From assembly GCA_965204375.1 (NCBI GenBank), contig OZ241986.1:5792001-5856000 (forward strand): a stretch of 64,000 nucleotides of DNA, written 5' to 3'. The stretch comes from Candidatus Latescibacterota bacterium (GTDB taxonomy: Bacteria; Latescibacterota; UBA2968). Of the stretch, positions 10,296 to 20,584 are shown piece by piece. The translations under genes and the position numbers were made by a program. How positions within the stretch are numbered: the stretch's first letter is position 1; every line of letters begins with the position of its first letter. The notes below the pieces were generated by a model that did no database searches, was not told where the DNA came from, and saw only the letters and a list, made by a program, of their open reading frames with translations.

Positions 10296-12314
10296 ATGCG
10301 TGTCATTATTTCATTTTTTATCCTGCTAATGCCCCTGTCGGCTCACAGTCGCCCAGTGGTCGCGGTTTTGCCTTTTGAAGAGGCGAATACCGATTGGCTC
10401 CCGGAGGGTATGGCCTGGAGTTTGTCGGATAAGCTCCGCCGCGTGTCGGCACTGCAAATGGTCGATTCCGATCGGCTAAATGCCGCTCTGTCTAAATATC
10501 AGACGCCTGTGCAAGTTGGCCAGTCGGCGGGGGCAACACTGGTCCTGTACGGCGCCTGTCGGTTGGAGAAAGACCAGCTCAAAATCTCCGCCCGCGTTTT
10601 GCGGATTGATACCGATGATATTCTGGAACTGGGAGAGGTGGATGGTCCTCTCGAGTCCCTTTTTGCCCTGCAGGATAGCGTGATTCGCCGCTTCCTGGAC
10701 GGTGTTGATCTCAGTTCCACCGTTATCGAATGGGAGGCGATTCTTCGCAGACCTACCCGATCGGTTCGGGCTTATGCCCACTGGGTGCGCGCCCGGAGTA
10801 TGCTGACTGGCAATGCCGAGGATCCGGATGTTGTGCGCGATCACCTCGACCGCGCCCTTGCCGAGGATGCCGATTATGCCGATGCCCATAGCCACCTGGG
10901 GTTGCTTTTTGTCGCGCAACGCCGGTTCAAAGAGGCGCTCGGTGCCTTGCAGACCGCTGTGCGCCTCAAGCCGGATGATCCACTGACTCGCTACAATCTG
11001 GGTGTGGCTTATGCCAGTTTGGGGCAGCCCGATCGCGCTGCTGTCTCGTTCCGGGATGCGATCCGCCTCAAGCCGGATGATCCCATTACCCACTACAATC
11101 TGGGTATTTTGCACCATCTTCAGGGCAATCACGAGGCTGCTATTGCGCCTTTGCAGACGGCGGTTCGTCTCAAGTCCGATTTTGCGGTCGCCTATCTAAC
11201 TCTGGGCATTGCCCTGGCCAATACGCAATCCTTTTCCCGCGCGGAAGACGCGCTGAAAGAGGCGATTCGCCTGTCTCCCGAAAATGCCGATGCGCACTAC
11301 AATCTGGGCGTTGTCTATATCGAGATGGGGCATTACAATCAGGCGGTCGAAGTTTTAGAACAGGCTATCTCGCACAATCCAGAGCACGCCGATGCCCATT
11401 TTAATCTGGGACGCGCTTATGAGGCATTGGGTCGCTATGATGAAGCGGTCGCTGCCTTCAAACAGGCCGCCCAATTCAATCCCGATTATGCCGATTTGCA
11501 CTTTAATCTGGGTATTGCCCATACCGAGGCCGGGCGTTTTGAGGAGGCTATTCGCACCCTGCACACTGCCCGCCGGATCTATCCGCAAGATCCGCTCATT
11601 TATCACAATATGGGTATTGCCTATCGAAATGCCGCGCGTTTTGAAGAGGCGGAAAATGCTTTTCGAGAAGCGCTGCGTCTCAATCCCCATCTGGCTGATA
11701 TTCACCTGTCTCTGGGCAGTTTGCTACTGGATATGGGACGCTATGAGCAGGGCCTTTCATCCATTCGAGAGGCTGTGCGTCTGACGCCCAAAAATGCCGA
11801 TGCTTACCGCTATCTGGGCGAGGCTCTGGCTTATTTGAAACAGTATCCAGATGCGATTCAGGCTTTCCGAAAAGCCATTGCGCTCAAGGGCGACGATGGA
11901 GACGCCCATCTCGGTCTGGGTATGGTCTATTTGCAGGCTGGGCAAAAAACCGCGGCTGCATCTGCCCTCAAAACAGGTCTTCGACTCAGTCCCAGACACC
12001 CCGATTCTCTGGCTATTGCCCGCGAGATCGCGCGGTTGCAGAAGCAGCCTGAGGAGGTCAGTACTTATCTGAACCGCGCCCGCGCTTTTGAGGATGCCGG
12101 GCTTTTGGACGAAGCGATTGATACCTACCGCAAAGCCGCCAGTCTCAGTCCCGAGAATGCCGATATTCAGCATGCTCTCGGCCTGGCCTGTCTGCGGGCG
12201 AACCGTCCGGAAGATGCGCTACCCGCTTTTCGGAAGGTTCTCAGGCTTCGTCCGGATCATCCCGATGCAAATCTCATTCGGGATTTTATTCGCCGCATGG
12301 TAGAGGGACAATGA
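10296..12314 (+). CDS. Long TPR protein with an N-terminal TolB-N/FlgO-like domain
   Basis: VAVLPFE and LKISARV N-domain, then more than 10 TPR repeats (AHYNLG, A.RL.P). Confidence 0.85.
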   Translation: MRVIISFFILLMPLSAHSRPVVAVLPFEEANTDWLPEGMAWSLSDKLRRVSALQMVDSDRLNAALSKYQTPVQVGQSAGATLVLYGACRLEKDQLKISARVLRIDTDDILELGEVDGPLESLFALQDSVIRRFLDGVDLSSTVIEWEAILRRPTRSVRAYAHWVRARSMLTGNAEDPDVVRDHLDRALAEDADYADAHSHLGLLFVAQRRFKEALGALQTAVRLKPDDPLTRYNLGVAYASLGQPDRAAVSFRDAIRLKPDDPITHYNLGILHHLQGNHEAAIAPLQTAVRLKSDFAVAYLTLGIALANTQSFSRAEDALKEAIRLSPENADAHYNLGVVYIEMGHYNQAVEVLEQAISHNPEHADAHFNLGRAYEALGRYDEAVAAFKQAAQFNPDYADLHFNLGIAHTEAGRFEEAIRTLHTARRIYPQDPLIYHNMGIAYRNAARFEEAENAFREALRLNPHLADIHLSLGSLLLDMGRYEQGLSSIREAVRLTPKNADAYRYLGEALAYLKQYPDAIQAFRKAIALKGDDGDAHLGLGMVYLQAGQKTAAASALKTGLRLSPRHPDSLAIAREIARLQKQPEEVSTYLNRARAFEDAGLLDEAIDTYRKAASLSPENADIQHALGLACLRANRPEDALPAFRKVLRLRPDHPDANLIRDFIRRMVEGQ

Positions 12315-13927
12315 CCATGATTCGCGTCGCGTTGTTCCTGTTCCTGATTTGCGCGCCCCATTTTGTTGCCGCCGATTCTATCCGTTTTACTGAAATGGCG
12401 GAGAAGGCGGGGATCCATTTTGTCCACAGTACCGGAGCCAGGGGCGGATGGCACTATATCGAGACGATGGGTTCCGGCTGTGCGCTTTTCGACGCGGATG
12501 GCGATGGAGATCTGGATCTCTATCTGGTCAATGGTGCCAATTTGCCCGGGCAACCGGTTCAGGGGAGCAATGCGCTGTATCGCAATGATACGGATAAAAC
12601 GATTCGCCTGACTGATATTACTGAAGCTTCGGGTGCGCCCGGGCGAGGCTATGGCATGGGCTGCACCGTGGGCGACGCGGACAATGACGGCGATCTGGAT
12701 CTCTATGTTACCGGCTATCCCGAAAATATTCTGTATGTGAACAATGGCGATGCTACTTTCAAAGACGCTTCTCGGCAGGCGAATGTGACCGCAGGCGGAT
12801 GGAGCGCGGGAGCGGCTTTTTTCGATTTTGAAGCCGATGGGGATCTGGATCTCTATGTGGTGCGCTATCTCGCGTACGATCCCGCCCGAGAGCCAGTGTG
12901 TGAACGCAGTGGTGTGCGGACCTACTGCGCGCCGTACCGGTTTCGGGGTGCTCCCGATCTGCTCTATCAAAACAGCGGAAATGGCGCATTTGAAGATATT
13001 TCTCAGCGGGCCGGTATCGCCGATCCCCGGGGCAAGGGGCTGGGCGTGCTCACGCTGGATTACGACCGGGATGGCGATACCGATCTCTATATCGCCAATG
13101 ATACGACGCCCAATTTTCTCTATCGAAATGATGGTGATCGCTTTACTGAAGTCGGGCACAAAGCGGGTGTGAGCCTAAGTGCTTCGGGCCGTCCACAGGC
13201 CGGTATGGGCGTGGATGCTGGCGATGTGGATGGCGATGGGCGCACCGATCTCATTGTTACCAATTTTTCCTATGAGTCCAACGCCTTTTATCACCAGGCA
13301 GAACAGGGCATATTTACCGATGCCAGTGCTCGTCTGGGGCTGACGGGACCGAGTACGCTTCCTCTGGGCTTTGGCACACATCTCTTCGATGCGGATAGCG
13401 ATGGCGATCTGGATCTTTTTGTCGCCAATGGTCATATTTTTCCCAATGTCTCGGATTTTTCCTCTGCCGAGTCCTACCCCCAGGCCGATCAGTTTTTCCG
13501 CAATACCGCAGGTGTTTTTGAAGACGTTTCCGAATCGGCGGGTTTTACATCGCCCGCTGTCAGCAGGGGTTCGGCGCTGGGCGATATAGATACCGATGGT
13601 GATCTGGACCTGATTGTGCTCGTCGCCGATGCTCGTCCGCATCTCTATCGGAACGATGCTCCACCTGCCTATTCATGGCTTATTGTCCAGATAGAGGGTG
13701 CGGATCGCAGTGCGATTGGTGCGCGCGTCACCCTTACTGCAGGTGGACGTACCCAATCGCGAGAGGTGCGAAGTCAATCCGGGTATCTCTCTTCGGGGGA
13801 TCCGCGCCTCCACTTCGGCCTGGGCAATGCCGAACAGATTGATCGTCTGGATATCTGGTGGCCCTCTGGACGCACCCAAACCCTTCGCAATCTGTCACCG
13901 AATCAGATTCTGGTCATTGAAGAATAG
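12311..13927 (+). CDS. CRTAC1-family protein (FG-GAP repeats + ASPIC/UnbV)
   Basis: Repeated D.DGDGDLDLYV motifs. C-terminal AIGARV...SGYLS...LHFGLG...WPSG. Confidence 0.9.
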   Translation: MTMIRVALFLFLICAPHFVAADSIRFTEMAEKAGIHFVHSTGARGGWHYIETMGSGCALFDADGDGDLDLYLVNGANLPGQPVQGSNALYRNDTDKTIRLTDITEASGAPGRGYGMGCTVGDADNDGDLDLYVTGYPENILYVNNGDATFKDASRQANVTAGGWSAGAAFFDFEADGDLDLYVVRYLAYDPAREPVCERSGVRTYCAPYRFRGAPDLLYQNSGNGAFEDISQRAGIADPRGKGLGVLTLDYDRDGDTDLYIANDTTPNFLYRNDGDRFTEVGHKAGVSLSASGRPQAGMGVDAGDVDGDGRTDLIVTNFSYESNAFYHQAEQGIFTDASARLGLTGPSTLPLGFGTHLFDADSDGDLDLFVANGHIFPNVSDFSSAESYPQADQFFRNTAGVFEDVSESAGFTSPAVSRGSALGDIDTDGDLDLIVLVADARPHLYRNDAPPAYSWLIVQIEGADRSAIGARVTLTAGGRTQSREVRSQSGYLSSGDPRLHFGLGNAEQIDRLDIWWPSGRTQTLRNLSPNQILVIEE

Positions 13928-13929
13928 GC

Positions 13930-15897
13930 TTACCATCCGTGTACAAAGTGTCCACTTCCGGGAAACCAGATCGCATCCACGACACTCGACGCTCCCACGC
14001 CCAACAGGTATCCCACCACTATTCCATAGGAAAATGGCATTGATCGCCGGTAGAGCACTACGCCCCCAAATTTGAGGGTCAGTGCCTTGATGAGCCATAC
14101 GACAAAAATAGCGAATCCGTACGTATGACTCGGGAAGGCGAGTCCCACCGGGTGAATCGGCCAGGAAGCGAACCGGGTATTCAAGACTGTCAGCAGTCCC
14201 GCTTCTCCAACTCCGAATAGCCAGACCAGTAGTTTTTGAAAGTCAAAATATGTGGGTTCTGTGCCCTCAATTATGCCTACCTGCCCCAGCATTACGGTCC
14301 AATCGTACATATAGGCCGCGTTCAGGCCGCCCTCCGTATAACACAAATAAAGCTGAGCACCGCAGGCTATGGCATAGGCTCCAAGCAGAGAGATGGGCAG
14401 AGCAAATACGACCAGAAAACGGCGCTTCAGGGCTTGTTGCAATAGCCGAAAAAAATGTGGAATGGCCGGTATCGACAGCATCCGACCCGAATGCGCGGCC
14501 AATCCGCCGCGGTTTAACACCATTATCCCCGTCAGGTCGGAGGGGGAAAAATTGGCTGTTCCCAGAAGCGTCTTTAGTATCGGTCCACCTTTCTGTCCCT
14601 GGGGAGATAGAAATACGAATCCCGTGGCTGCCGCGTATTTGGTCACGCCAAAGTAGATCACGAAAAACAGTGAAAGCTGTAGCAGTGCCACCACGGGTCG
14701 CATGTCCAGAGATACCATCCAGCCTGTGAGAAATGCAAATGCCGCGCCGAATCCCAGCCAGGCCGTGCGATAGGTTACGGGCGTTCCATCGTCTTTGCTC
14801 CGGTCGTCTGATAATGCCTTTTGCAGGGTTTCTTTCAGGTGTCCTCTGGCTACCCAGACCGACCAGATCACGAGAAATACCAGTGCGCCGTGCGCCTCCA
14901 GCATCCGTATTTCTCCCGAGGTTGCCGCCTGCCCCTGCATGCCCACTGTAAATCCCGTTCGATCCATCAGTGCTTGTTTGAAAATATTGAGCACAAAAAA
15001 GGTCCACACGCTCAGCAGTATATTTAGCGGACACAGGTAGGCCAGCCCCATCAAAAGGGGTTGAATTCTCAGATATAAGGTCGGAAAATCGCGCCCGATG
15101 TGTACGGCTTTGGTCAAATAGTGATCGTAGATCCCAATGCGCGGAATTGTAAGAATAAAATATCCGGCAATATTCCAGAAAATTACGCCGGCTGTACACG
15201 CAAAACCCATCCAGAAAACGGGTGTTCGGAACACGATGGGCAATCGGTGTGAGGGTTCTTCCCGGAGCAGTTCCAGGGGCATTGTCGCCAGGGGAAATGT
15301 CAGCCGTTCCCGTTCCACCCATTGTTTGTAAAACAACACACTTGCAAAAAAACCAGCCATTACCAGTGCCACGGTTCCGGCAAACCACCAGAACAGCGGG
15401 GTTAGCCAGTTGCGCCATGGAATAGATTCCTCTGATCCCAGTCCCACGTACAGCTTTTCTACCACCATATCTCCCGGCTCAAAAAACAGCCAGCGGGGCA
15501 TATAGGCTCCCACGACCTCCCAGAATCGGTTTTCCGGTGAAGAAAAAGCGGATGGTGCTGAAATATCTGTAATCAAGTACCCGGCCCAGCCCACTGCCGG
15601 TGCGGTACCCACCATCCAGACCATTCCAAAAATCACCATCACTTCTGTGCGCGACAGGGCAAAGCGAGGCAAAGTTAGCTTTAATACTGTGTTGATCCCT
15701 ACCCACAATACCAGGGGCAGCAACGCGGTGACGGGCACGAAGCTTTTCATCAGATTTCGCCCGAAGTAGGTCGCGTACAAACACATACCCGCAATTGTGA
15801 TCAGCCCCAGTACAAAAGCCCGAATGGTGAGCGATTCAGATGCTGTTGATGCTTTTCTTTCAGGTTTCGGTGCCGAGGCCATGTTCGCAAACCCCAT
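13930..15897 (-). CDS. Multi-pass membrane protein, DUF6785/DUF6784-like (putative transporter)
   Basis: Many TM helices. KQWVERERLTFPL and WPIHPVG...KFGG..LYRR..PF..G...G motifs. Confidence 0.65.
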   Translation of the reverse strand: MGFANMASAPKPERKASTASESLTIRAFVLGLITIAGMCLYATYFGRNLMKSFVPVTALLPLVLWVGINTVLKLTLPRFALSRTEVMVIFGMVWMVGTAPAVGWAGYLITDISAPSAFSSPENRFWEVVGAYMPRWLFFEPGDMVVEKLYVGLGSEESIPWRNWLTPLFWWFAGTVALVMAGFFASVLFYKQWVERERLTFPLATMPLELLREEPSHRLPIVFRTPVFWMGFACTAGVIFWNIAGYFILTIPRIGIYDHYLTKAVHIGRDFPTLYLRIQPLLMGLAYLCPLNILLSVWTFFVLNIFKQALMDRTGFTVGMQGQAATSGEIRMLEAHGALVFLVIWSVWVARGHLKETLQKALSDDRSKDDGTPVTYRTAWLGFGAAFAFLTGWMVSLDMRPVVALLQLSLFFVIYFGVTKYAAATGFVFLSPQGQKGGPILKTLLGTANFSPSDLTGIMVLNRGGLAAHSGRMLSIPAIPHFFRLLQQALKRRFLVVFALPISLLGAYAIACGAQLYLCYTEGGLNAAYMYDWTVMLGQVGIIEGTEPTYFDFQKLLVWLFGVGEAGLLTVLNTRFASWPIHPVGLAFPSHTYGFAIFVVWLIKALTLKFGGVVLYRRSMPFSYGIVVGYLLGVGASSVVDAIWFPGSGHFVHGW

Positions 15898-15900
15898 CTC

Positions 15901-18273
15901 TCAGGGTATGGGTTCTGTGACATTCACAATTTGTCCCGCGGACAGGTTTTCTACGACCTGCACTGTTCCGCTGGGCCAGATCACTTTCAGTCGCGTTGCG
16001 CGATCGGCATCTCCCATTCCGAAATGGATGGCATAGGGATCGGTTGATCCGAATCCGACGCTTCCTGGCACCTCTCGGAACAGGGTGCGGTTTCCGACTG
16101 TCAGACGCAATTTTGCGCCTATGCCCGATCGGTTGCTTTGACGCCCATGGAGAGTGATCTGTAACCACCGGTTCTGATTTTCCGACTCGTTGCGGTAAAG
16201 CGCGTTTTCGAATAAGTCTCCGTGGTACCATCCGCCTTGCGGTGCATACACATCGAGGTCGCCATCTGCGTCGTAATCGGCAAATGTGATGCCGTGTCCT
16301 TTGCCCAGGTGTCCCATTCCCGCGCGTTCGGTCAGGTCGGTGAATGTACCATTCCCGTTATTGCGATAAAACCGGTTTGGCTCTAAGCGTCCCAGGTCTG
16401 GATCGCCTGTCCCGAAGTACACGTCCAGGTACCCGTCGTTATCTATGTCTCCCACATTGCCGCCCATTACGCCGTGGGCATAGATGAATCCCGCTTCGTA
16501 GGATACATCTGTGAAGCGCCAGCCTTCGGCCGGACCTTCGTTGCGGTATAGCTTGGGCGTTGGATAGGCCGGGTCGGTGGGCGCGGTATAGCCGATCCGC
16601 TGTCCCTCTAAGCTCTCTTTGAATCCGGCAAGGCAGGTGGTCAGGATATCCAGATCGCCGTCGTTGTCGTAGTCGAAGAAGAACGATACATAGCCCCGAA
16701 GTGTGCCGCTTCCGGCGACGTTGGAAGCCCGTGCGACATCTACAAATGTGCCGTCGCCGCGATTTCGATACAGGGCATTGGGCGTCTCGAAGCCGGTTAC
16801 AAAGAGGTCCAGGTCGCCGTCTAAGTCGTAATCGCCGAAGGCTGCGCCCACTGTGCCCAGAGTAAATCGCAGGCCCGCTTCGTCTGTGGTTTCGACAAAG
16901 TTTCCATTGTTGCGATAGTGCGCGTTTGAGGAGCCGTCTCCGGCAATGCCATTTGCTATAAATAAATCCAGGTCGCCATCGTTATCCGTATCGCCCCACA
17001 GGGAGACAAATCCCGATCCCCCGTCATTTGTGCCCGAAGCTGCGGATACATCGGTGAATTGGCCTCCGTCATTGCGGTAGAGTGCGTTTGGGCCGGGGCC
17101 GGACCACCCGCTGCGGGCGATGTAGAGGTCCAGGTCGCCATCGTTGTCGTAATCGACGAGATTTCCCGAGAATCCCGAATCCACGTCTTTCAGGCCGATC
17201 TGGTTGCTGATATCCACAAATTGGGTTCCGTCGTTGCGGTAAAATGCGAGGTACGTGTCGCATCCCTGCGCCAGCAGGTCCAGGTCGCCGTCGCCGTCGA
17301 TATCTCCCCAGGCACTCGGTCCTGCTCCGTCCAATTTGGCCACGCCCAGGTCGCGGGCCACATCTGTAAAGCGTACGGGCAGGGATGTATCTTTGGATTC
17401 GGGGCGCTGGTCGAAACGATAATAAGACCACAACGACCAGGGATAACCGCCGAGTTTATCATAGGCTTGTTTCAGATTCCACTGGGTGCGGAAAAACCAT
17501 TCGTCTGTTTCCGGCAGGGCGCGCAGCAAATTTAAGAATGTTTCGGCTGATTTTCGATACTGTCCCGCGCGGTAATAGGCTACGCCCAGGCGATCCGGTA
17601 CGCGGAGATCCAGGCGGTCTTTTTGCATTTGCATCGCCACTTTCAAGCGTTCAATTGCCGCTTCGTAATCTCCCATTCTCAAAAGGGCGAGGCCAGCCAG
17701 ATAGCGCGCTTCTGCATCGTTTATGGCGTTATCGGATAATTTATCGGCGTGGTGAAACGCGCGTTCCAGCAAGATGCGGGAGTCGTTCAGGGGCATGATT
17801 TGTCCGCTGCTTCCCATCTTCTGATTTTCAAACCAGATGGTTTCCCCGCCCAGCAAATAGGTGACGTATTCTTTTCGCACGTCCAGCATGAGGGGTTGTT
17901 TTATGAGAGCTGCTTCAAATTGTGCTGCCGCGCGGGCGGGTTCCCGCTGTGATCGGTAAAGCCGCGCGAGCCAGGTTCTCGCCTCGACTGCATCCGGATT
18001 GCGGGCTACTGCTCGCTCAAACGCGGTTATTGCTTCGGGGCGGTTTTGGATTGCGAGCACTTTGCCCAGGTGAAGATAGGCCGCGCTTTGTGTTGAATCA
18101 ATTTGAATACATCGGCGGAACTCGGCTTCGGCAGCTTCGTGCTGCGCCCGCCGCATGCTTTCTATTCCCTGCTGGAGATGCGTGGCATAATCTATCCGCA
18201 GGCCCGGAGAAGGTGTTCTTTGTTCACCGCATCCGATTGACAGGGCAATCAGTAGCAGAAGGATTACAATCAT
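15901..18273 (-). CDS. TPR + FG-GAP repeat + ASPIC/UnbV lipoprotein
   Basis: Lipobox SIGC, TPRs, DYDNDGDLDLY repeats, and C-terminal GIGAKL...HFGMG...WPSG. Confidence 0.85.
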   Translation of the reverse strand: MIVILLLLIALSIGCGEQRTPSPGLRIDYATHLQQGIESMRRAQHEAAEAEFRRCIQIDSTQSAAYLHLGKVLAIQNRPEAITAFERAVARNPDAVEARTWLARLYRSQREPARAAAQFEAALIKQPLMLDVRKEYVTYLLGGETIWFENQKMGSSGQIMPLNDSRILLERAFHHADKLSDNAINDAEARYLAGLALLRMGDYEAAIERLKVAMQMQKDRLDLRVPDRLGVAYYRAGQYRKSAETFLNLLRALPETDEWFFRTQWNLKQAYDKLGGYPWSLWSYYRFDQRPESKDTSLPVRFTDVARDLGVAKLDGAGPSAWGDIDGDGDLDLLAQGCDTYLAFYRNDGTQFVDISNQIGLKDVDSGFSGNLVDYDNDGDLDLYIARSGWSGPGPNALYRNDGGQFTDVSAASGTNDGGSGFVSLWGDTDNDGDLDLFIANGIAGDGSSNAHYRNNGNFVETTDEAGLRFTLGTVGAAFGDYDLDGDLDLFVTGFETPNALYRNRGDGTFVDVARASNVAGSGTLRGYVSFFFDYDNDGDLDILTTCLAGFKESLEGQRIGYTAPTDPAYPTPKLYRNEGPAEGWRFTDVSYEAGFIYAHGVMGGNVGDIDNDGYLDVYFGTGDPDLGRLEPNRFYRNNGNGTFTDLTERAGMGHLGKGHGITFADYDADGDLDVYAPQGGWYHGDLFENALYRNESENQNRWLQITLHGRQSNRSGIGAKLRLTVGNRTLFREVPGSVGFGSTDPYAIHFGMGDADRATRLKVIWPSGTVQVVENLSAGQIVNVTEPIP

Positions 18274-18274
18274 G

Positions 18275-18937
18275 TCAGGCCACCCGCCCATCTGCGAGTT
18301 TTATCTGGCGGTCTGCCCGATTTGCCAGATCCAGGTTGTGCGTGGATAGCACGATTGTCAATCCCCCGGTGTGGTTCATATCCCGCAACAATGCCACAAT
18401 CTCATTCCCTCGTTTTGAATCCAGGTTGCCAGTTGGTTCGTCTGCGAGCAAGATCTCGGGGTTGTTTACGAGTGCCCGCGCAATGGCTACCCGTTGCTGT
18501 TCACCCCCCGATAGTTCGCGGGGCAGGTGATCTGATCGGTGCTGCAAATCCACGCGCGCCAGCAAGTCTCTTACCCGGTCGCGTTGGTGCAGTGCGCGGG
18601 AAAAGAGGAGGGGGAGTGCCACATTTTCTTCGACGGTTAATGTGGGTACCAGGCAATAGTCTTGAAATACGAATCCCACGTGTTGCCGACGCATGGTTTC
18701 CAGGTCTTTGCCGCGCAAAGCGCTTACATCCCGATCCAGCAATTTCAAGAGGCCCGATGTGGGCCGGTCCAGACAGCCCAGAAGGTTCAATAGAGTTGTT
18801 TTTCCCGCGCCCGACGCGCCTGTGATGGCTACAAATTCGCCGGGTTCTACGGTCAGATGTACACCGAATAGTGCCGCGATTTCTTCGGCTGAACGGCGGT
18901 ATATCCGCGTGAGGCCCTGTGCAAGAATAGCCGACAT
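18275..18937 (-). CDS. ABC transporter ATP-binding protein (LolD/MacB type)
   Basis: Walker A GASGAGKT, signature LSGGEQQRVAIARAL, Walker B ADEPTGNLD, STH switch. Confidence 0.93.
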   Translation of the reverse strand: MSAILAQGLTRIYRRSAEEIAALFGVHLTVEPGEFVAITGASGAGKTTLLNLLGCLDRPTSGLLKLLDRDVSALRGKDLETMRRQHVGFVFQDYCLVPTLTVEENVALPLLFSRALHQRDRVRDLLARVDLQHRSDHLPRELSGGEQQRVAIARALVNNPEILLADEPTGNLDSKRGNEIVALLRDMNHTGGLTIVLSTHNLDLANRADRQIKLADGRVA

Positions 18938-18938
18938 T

Positions 18939-20108
18939 TCAGCGCATCCACGCAATGGGATGCAGGCGGGAAGCCCGCCACCCCGGTATGATTCCGGCCA
19001 GTATGCCCATGCCCACTGCCATTGCAATCCCGCCGATTAGTAGTATGCCATCAATTTGCACCAGTACGCCTGGGGGGGCAAATGGGAGAATCGCGCGTAC
19101 GGCTTCAGATGCCAGGCGGCTGCCCAGGACCGATATTCCACCACCTGCGATTCCGCCTATGATGCAGATTGTCAATGCCTCTGCACAGATCAATGCAAAT
19201 ACATCGCCCCGGGATGCGCCAATTGCTCGCATTACGCCGATTTCCCGCGTTCGTTCAAAGACTGCGATTAGCATGGTATTCATCACGCCGAGTACTGCAA
19301 TTGCCACGGCTACGATGGCGATGGTTCCAATGAAAAACCGCGCTGTGCCCAGGAGGTCGAGAAGGGTTCTCTGAACCTGCGCCATGGTGATAACCTGTAC
19401 CGAGGGTATTTCGAATACGCGTTCCGAAAATCCGTCTATTCTGGACAGGTCTTTTAATTTTACGCCGATGCCTGTGAGTTTCTCCTTTTTGTCGAAGAGG
19501 TGCTGCGCTACCCCAAGCGGCACAAAGATGGTGCCGTCGTCCTGGGTTCCGCTGCGGTCAAAAATCCCGCGCACTCGGAATGTTTGTCCCATTCCCGTGA
19601 GCGGAAAGTCGTCCCCGATATTTTTCCGATAGTACGCCGCTACGCTGTATCCCAGAATTACCTCATCGGTCGCGCCTTCGTTGAACCACTCGCCACGCTG
19701 GAAGGTTAGCCAGGGTTTCATTTCCAGAAAGCTGTCTTCTATTCCCGTTATCAGGGAAAATCCCTCCCGGTGTACGGGGAGCGATCCGAGGAATAACCGC
19801 GTCGTGGTCGCCACATCGGCGTCTCGAAGAATTTCTCGGTGGATGGCTTCATCCATGTACATCGGTATTACCCCACCTTGCATCAGCAGGGTCGCGGCTT
19901 CGTAGGGACATCCTTTTGAGGTGACCAGTACGTGATAACCCAGGCGGTCAATGCTGTGGATGAGGGATGTGCGGTATCCGGTGCCCAGGCCCAGGAGGCT
20001 GACCAGGACGCATACAGATAGCGCTACGCCGCTTATGGTCAGGGCACTTCGCGTGCGGTGTCGCCGCAGTTCTTTCAGGACGACGCTTATAAATTGAAAA
20101 ATGACCAA
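18939..20108 (-). CDS. ABC transporter permease (MacB/FtsX family)
   Basis: RSALTISGV N-terminal TM, periplasmic domain, ERTREIGVMRAIGA and PGWRASRLHP. Confidence 0.9.
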   Translation of the reverse strand: MVIFQFISVVLKELRRHRTRSALTISGVALSVCVLVSLLGLGTGYRTSLIHSIDRLGYHVLVTSKGCPYEAATLLMQGGVIPMYMDEAIHREILRDADVATTTRLFLGSLPVHREGFSLITGIEDSFLEMKPWLTFQRGEWFNEGATDEVILGYSVAAYYRKNIGDDFPLTGMGQTFRVRGIFDRSGTQDDGTIFVPLGVAQHLFDKKEKLTGIGVKLKDLSRIDGFSERVFEIPSVQVITMAQVQRTLLDLLGTARFFIGTIAIVAVAIAVLGVMNTMLIAVFERTREIGVMRAIGASRGDVFALICAEALTICIIGGIAGGGISVLGSRLASEAVRAILPFAPPGVLVQIDGILLIGGIAMAVGMGILAGIIPGWRASRLHPIAWMR

Positions 20109-20482
20109 ATCCTTGCCCTCTTGCGATGGATTTCTACGCCTTTTCCCATCACGCGCAGATCGCCTGCGATGCGTTTTACGACGCCTACGACGCGCAGGGA
20201 GTCGCCAGAGATATTGCGGGGGACGGTTATGGTCCGTCCCTGTTCCAGGTCAATCAGTATATGTTGCGTGCTGTCTTGTAATACAAACCAGCATCCCATG
20301 TGCTGGCATACCTGTCCCGCGCGGCCCGATAGCACGACTCGCTGTTCCAAAAATGCGGCGGGACGATCCAGGACTTCTTTGATCTGGGTCGCGCGATTGG
20401 CGGGTACGGCTTCGCCCACTTGATGCATTTTCGCAGAATCGCATCCGATTATCAGGATCAGGAGTAGCAGATACAGACGCAT
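20087..20482 (-). CDS. Small OB-fold lipoprotein (DUF4920-like)
   Basis: Lipobox IIGC and VCQHMGCW motif. Confidence 0.6.
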   Translation of the reverse strand: MRLYLLLLILIIGCDSAKMHQVGEAVPANRATQIKEVLDRPAAFLEQRVVLSGRAGQVCQHMGCWFVLQDSTQHILIDLEQGRTITVPRNISGDSLRVVGVVKRIAGDLRVMGKGVEIHRKRARIWSFFNL

Positions 20483-20584
20483 CTATATATCCCCAGTTTT
20501 TGCGTGACGCCTGCCATAAGAGATGATATTTTGTTTGTGAGGTAAAAGCAAGGGATTCTCCCATCTGTTTTTTGTGAGGGGAAT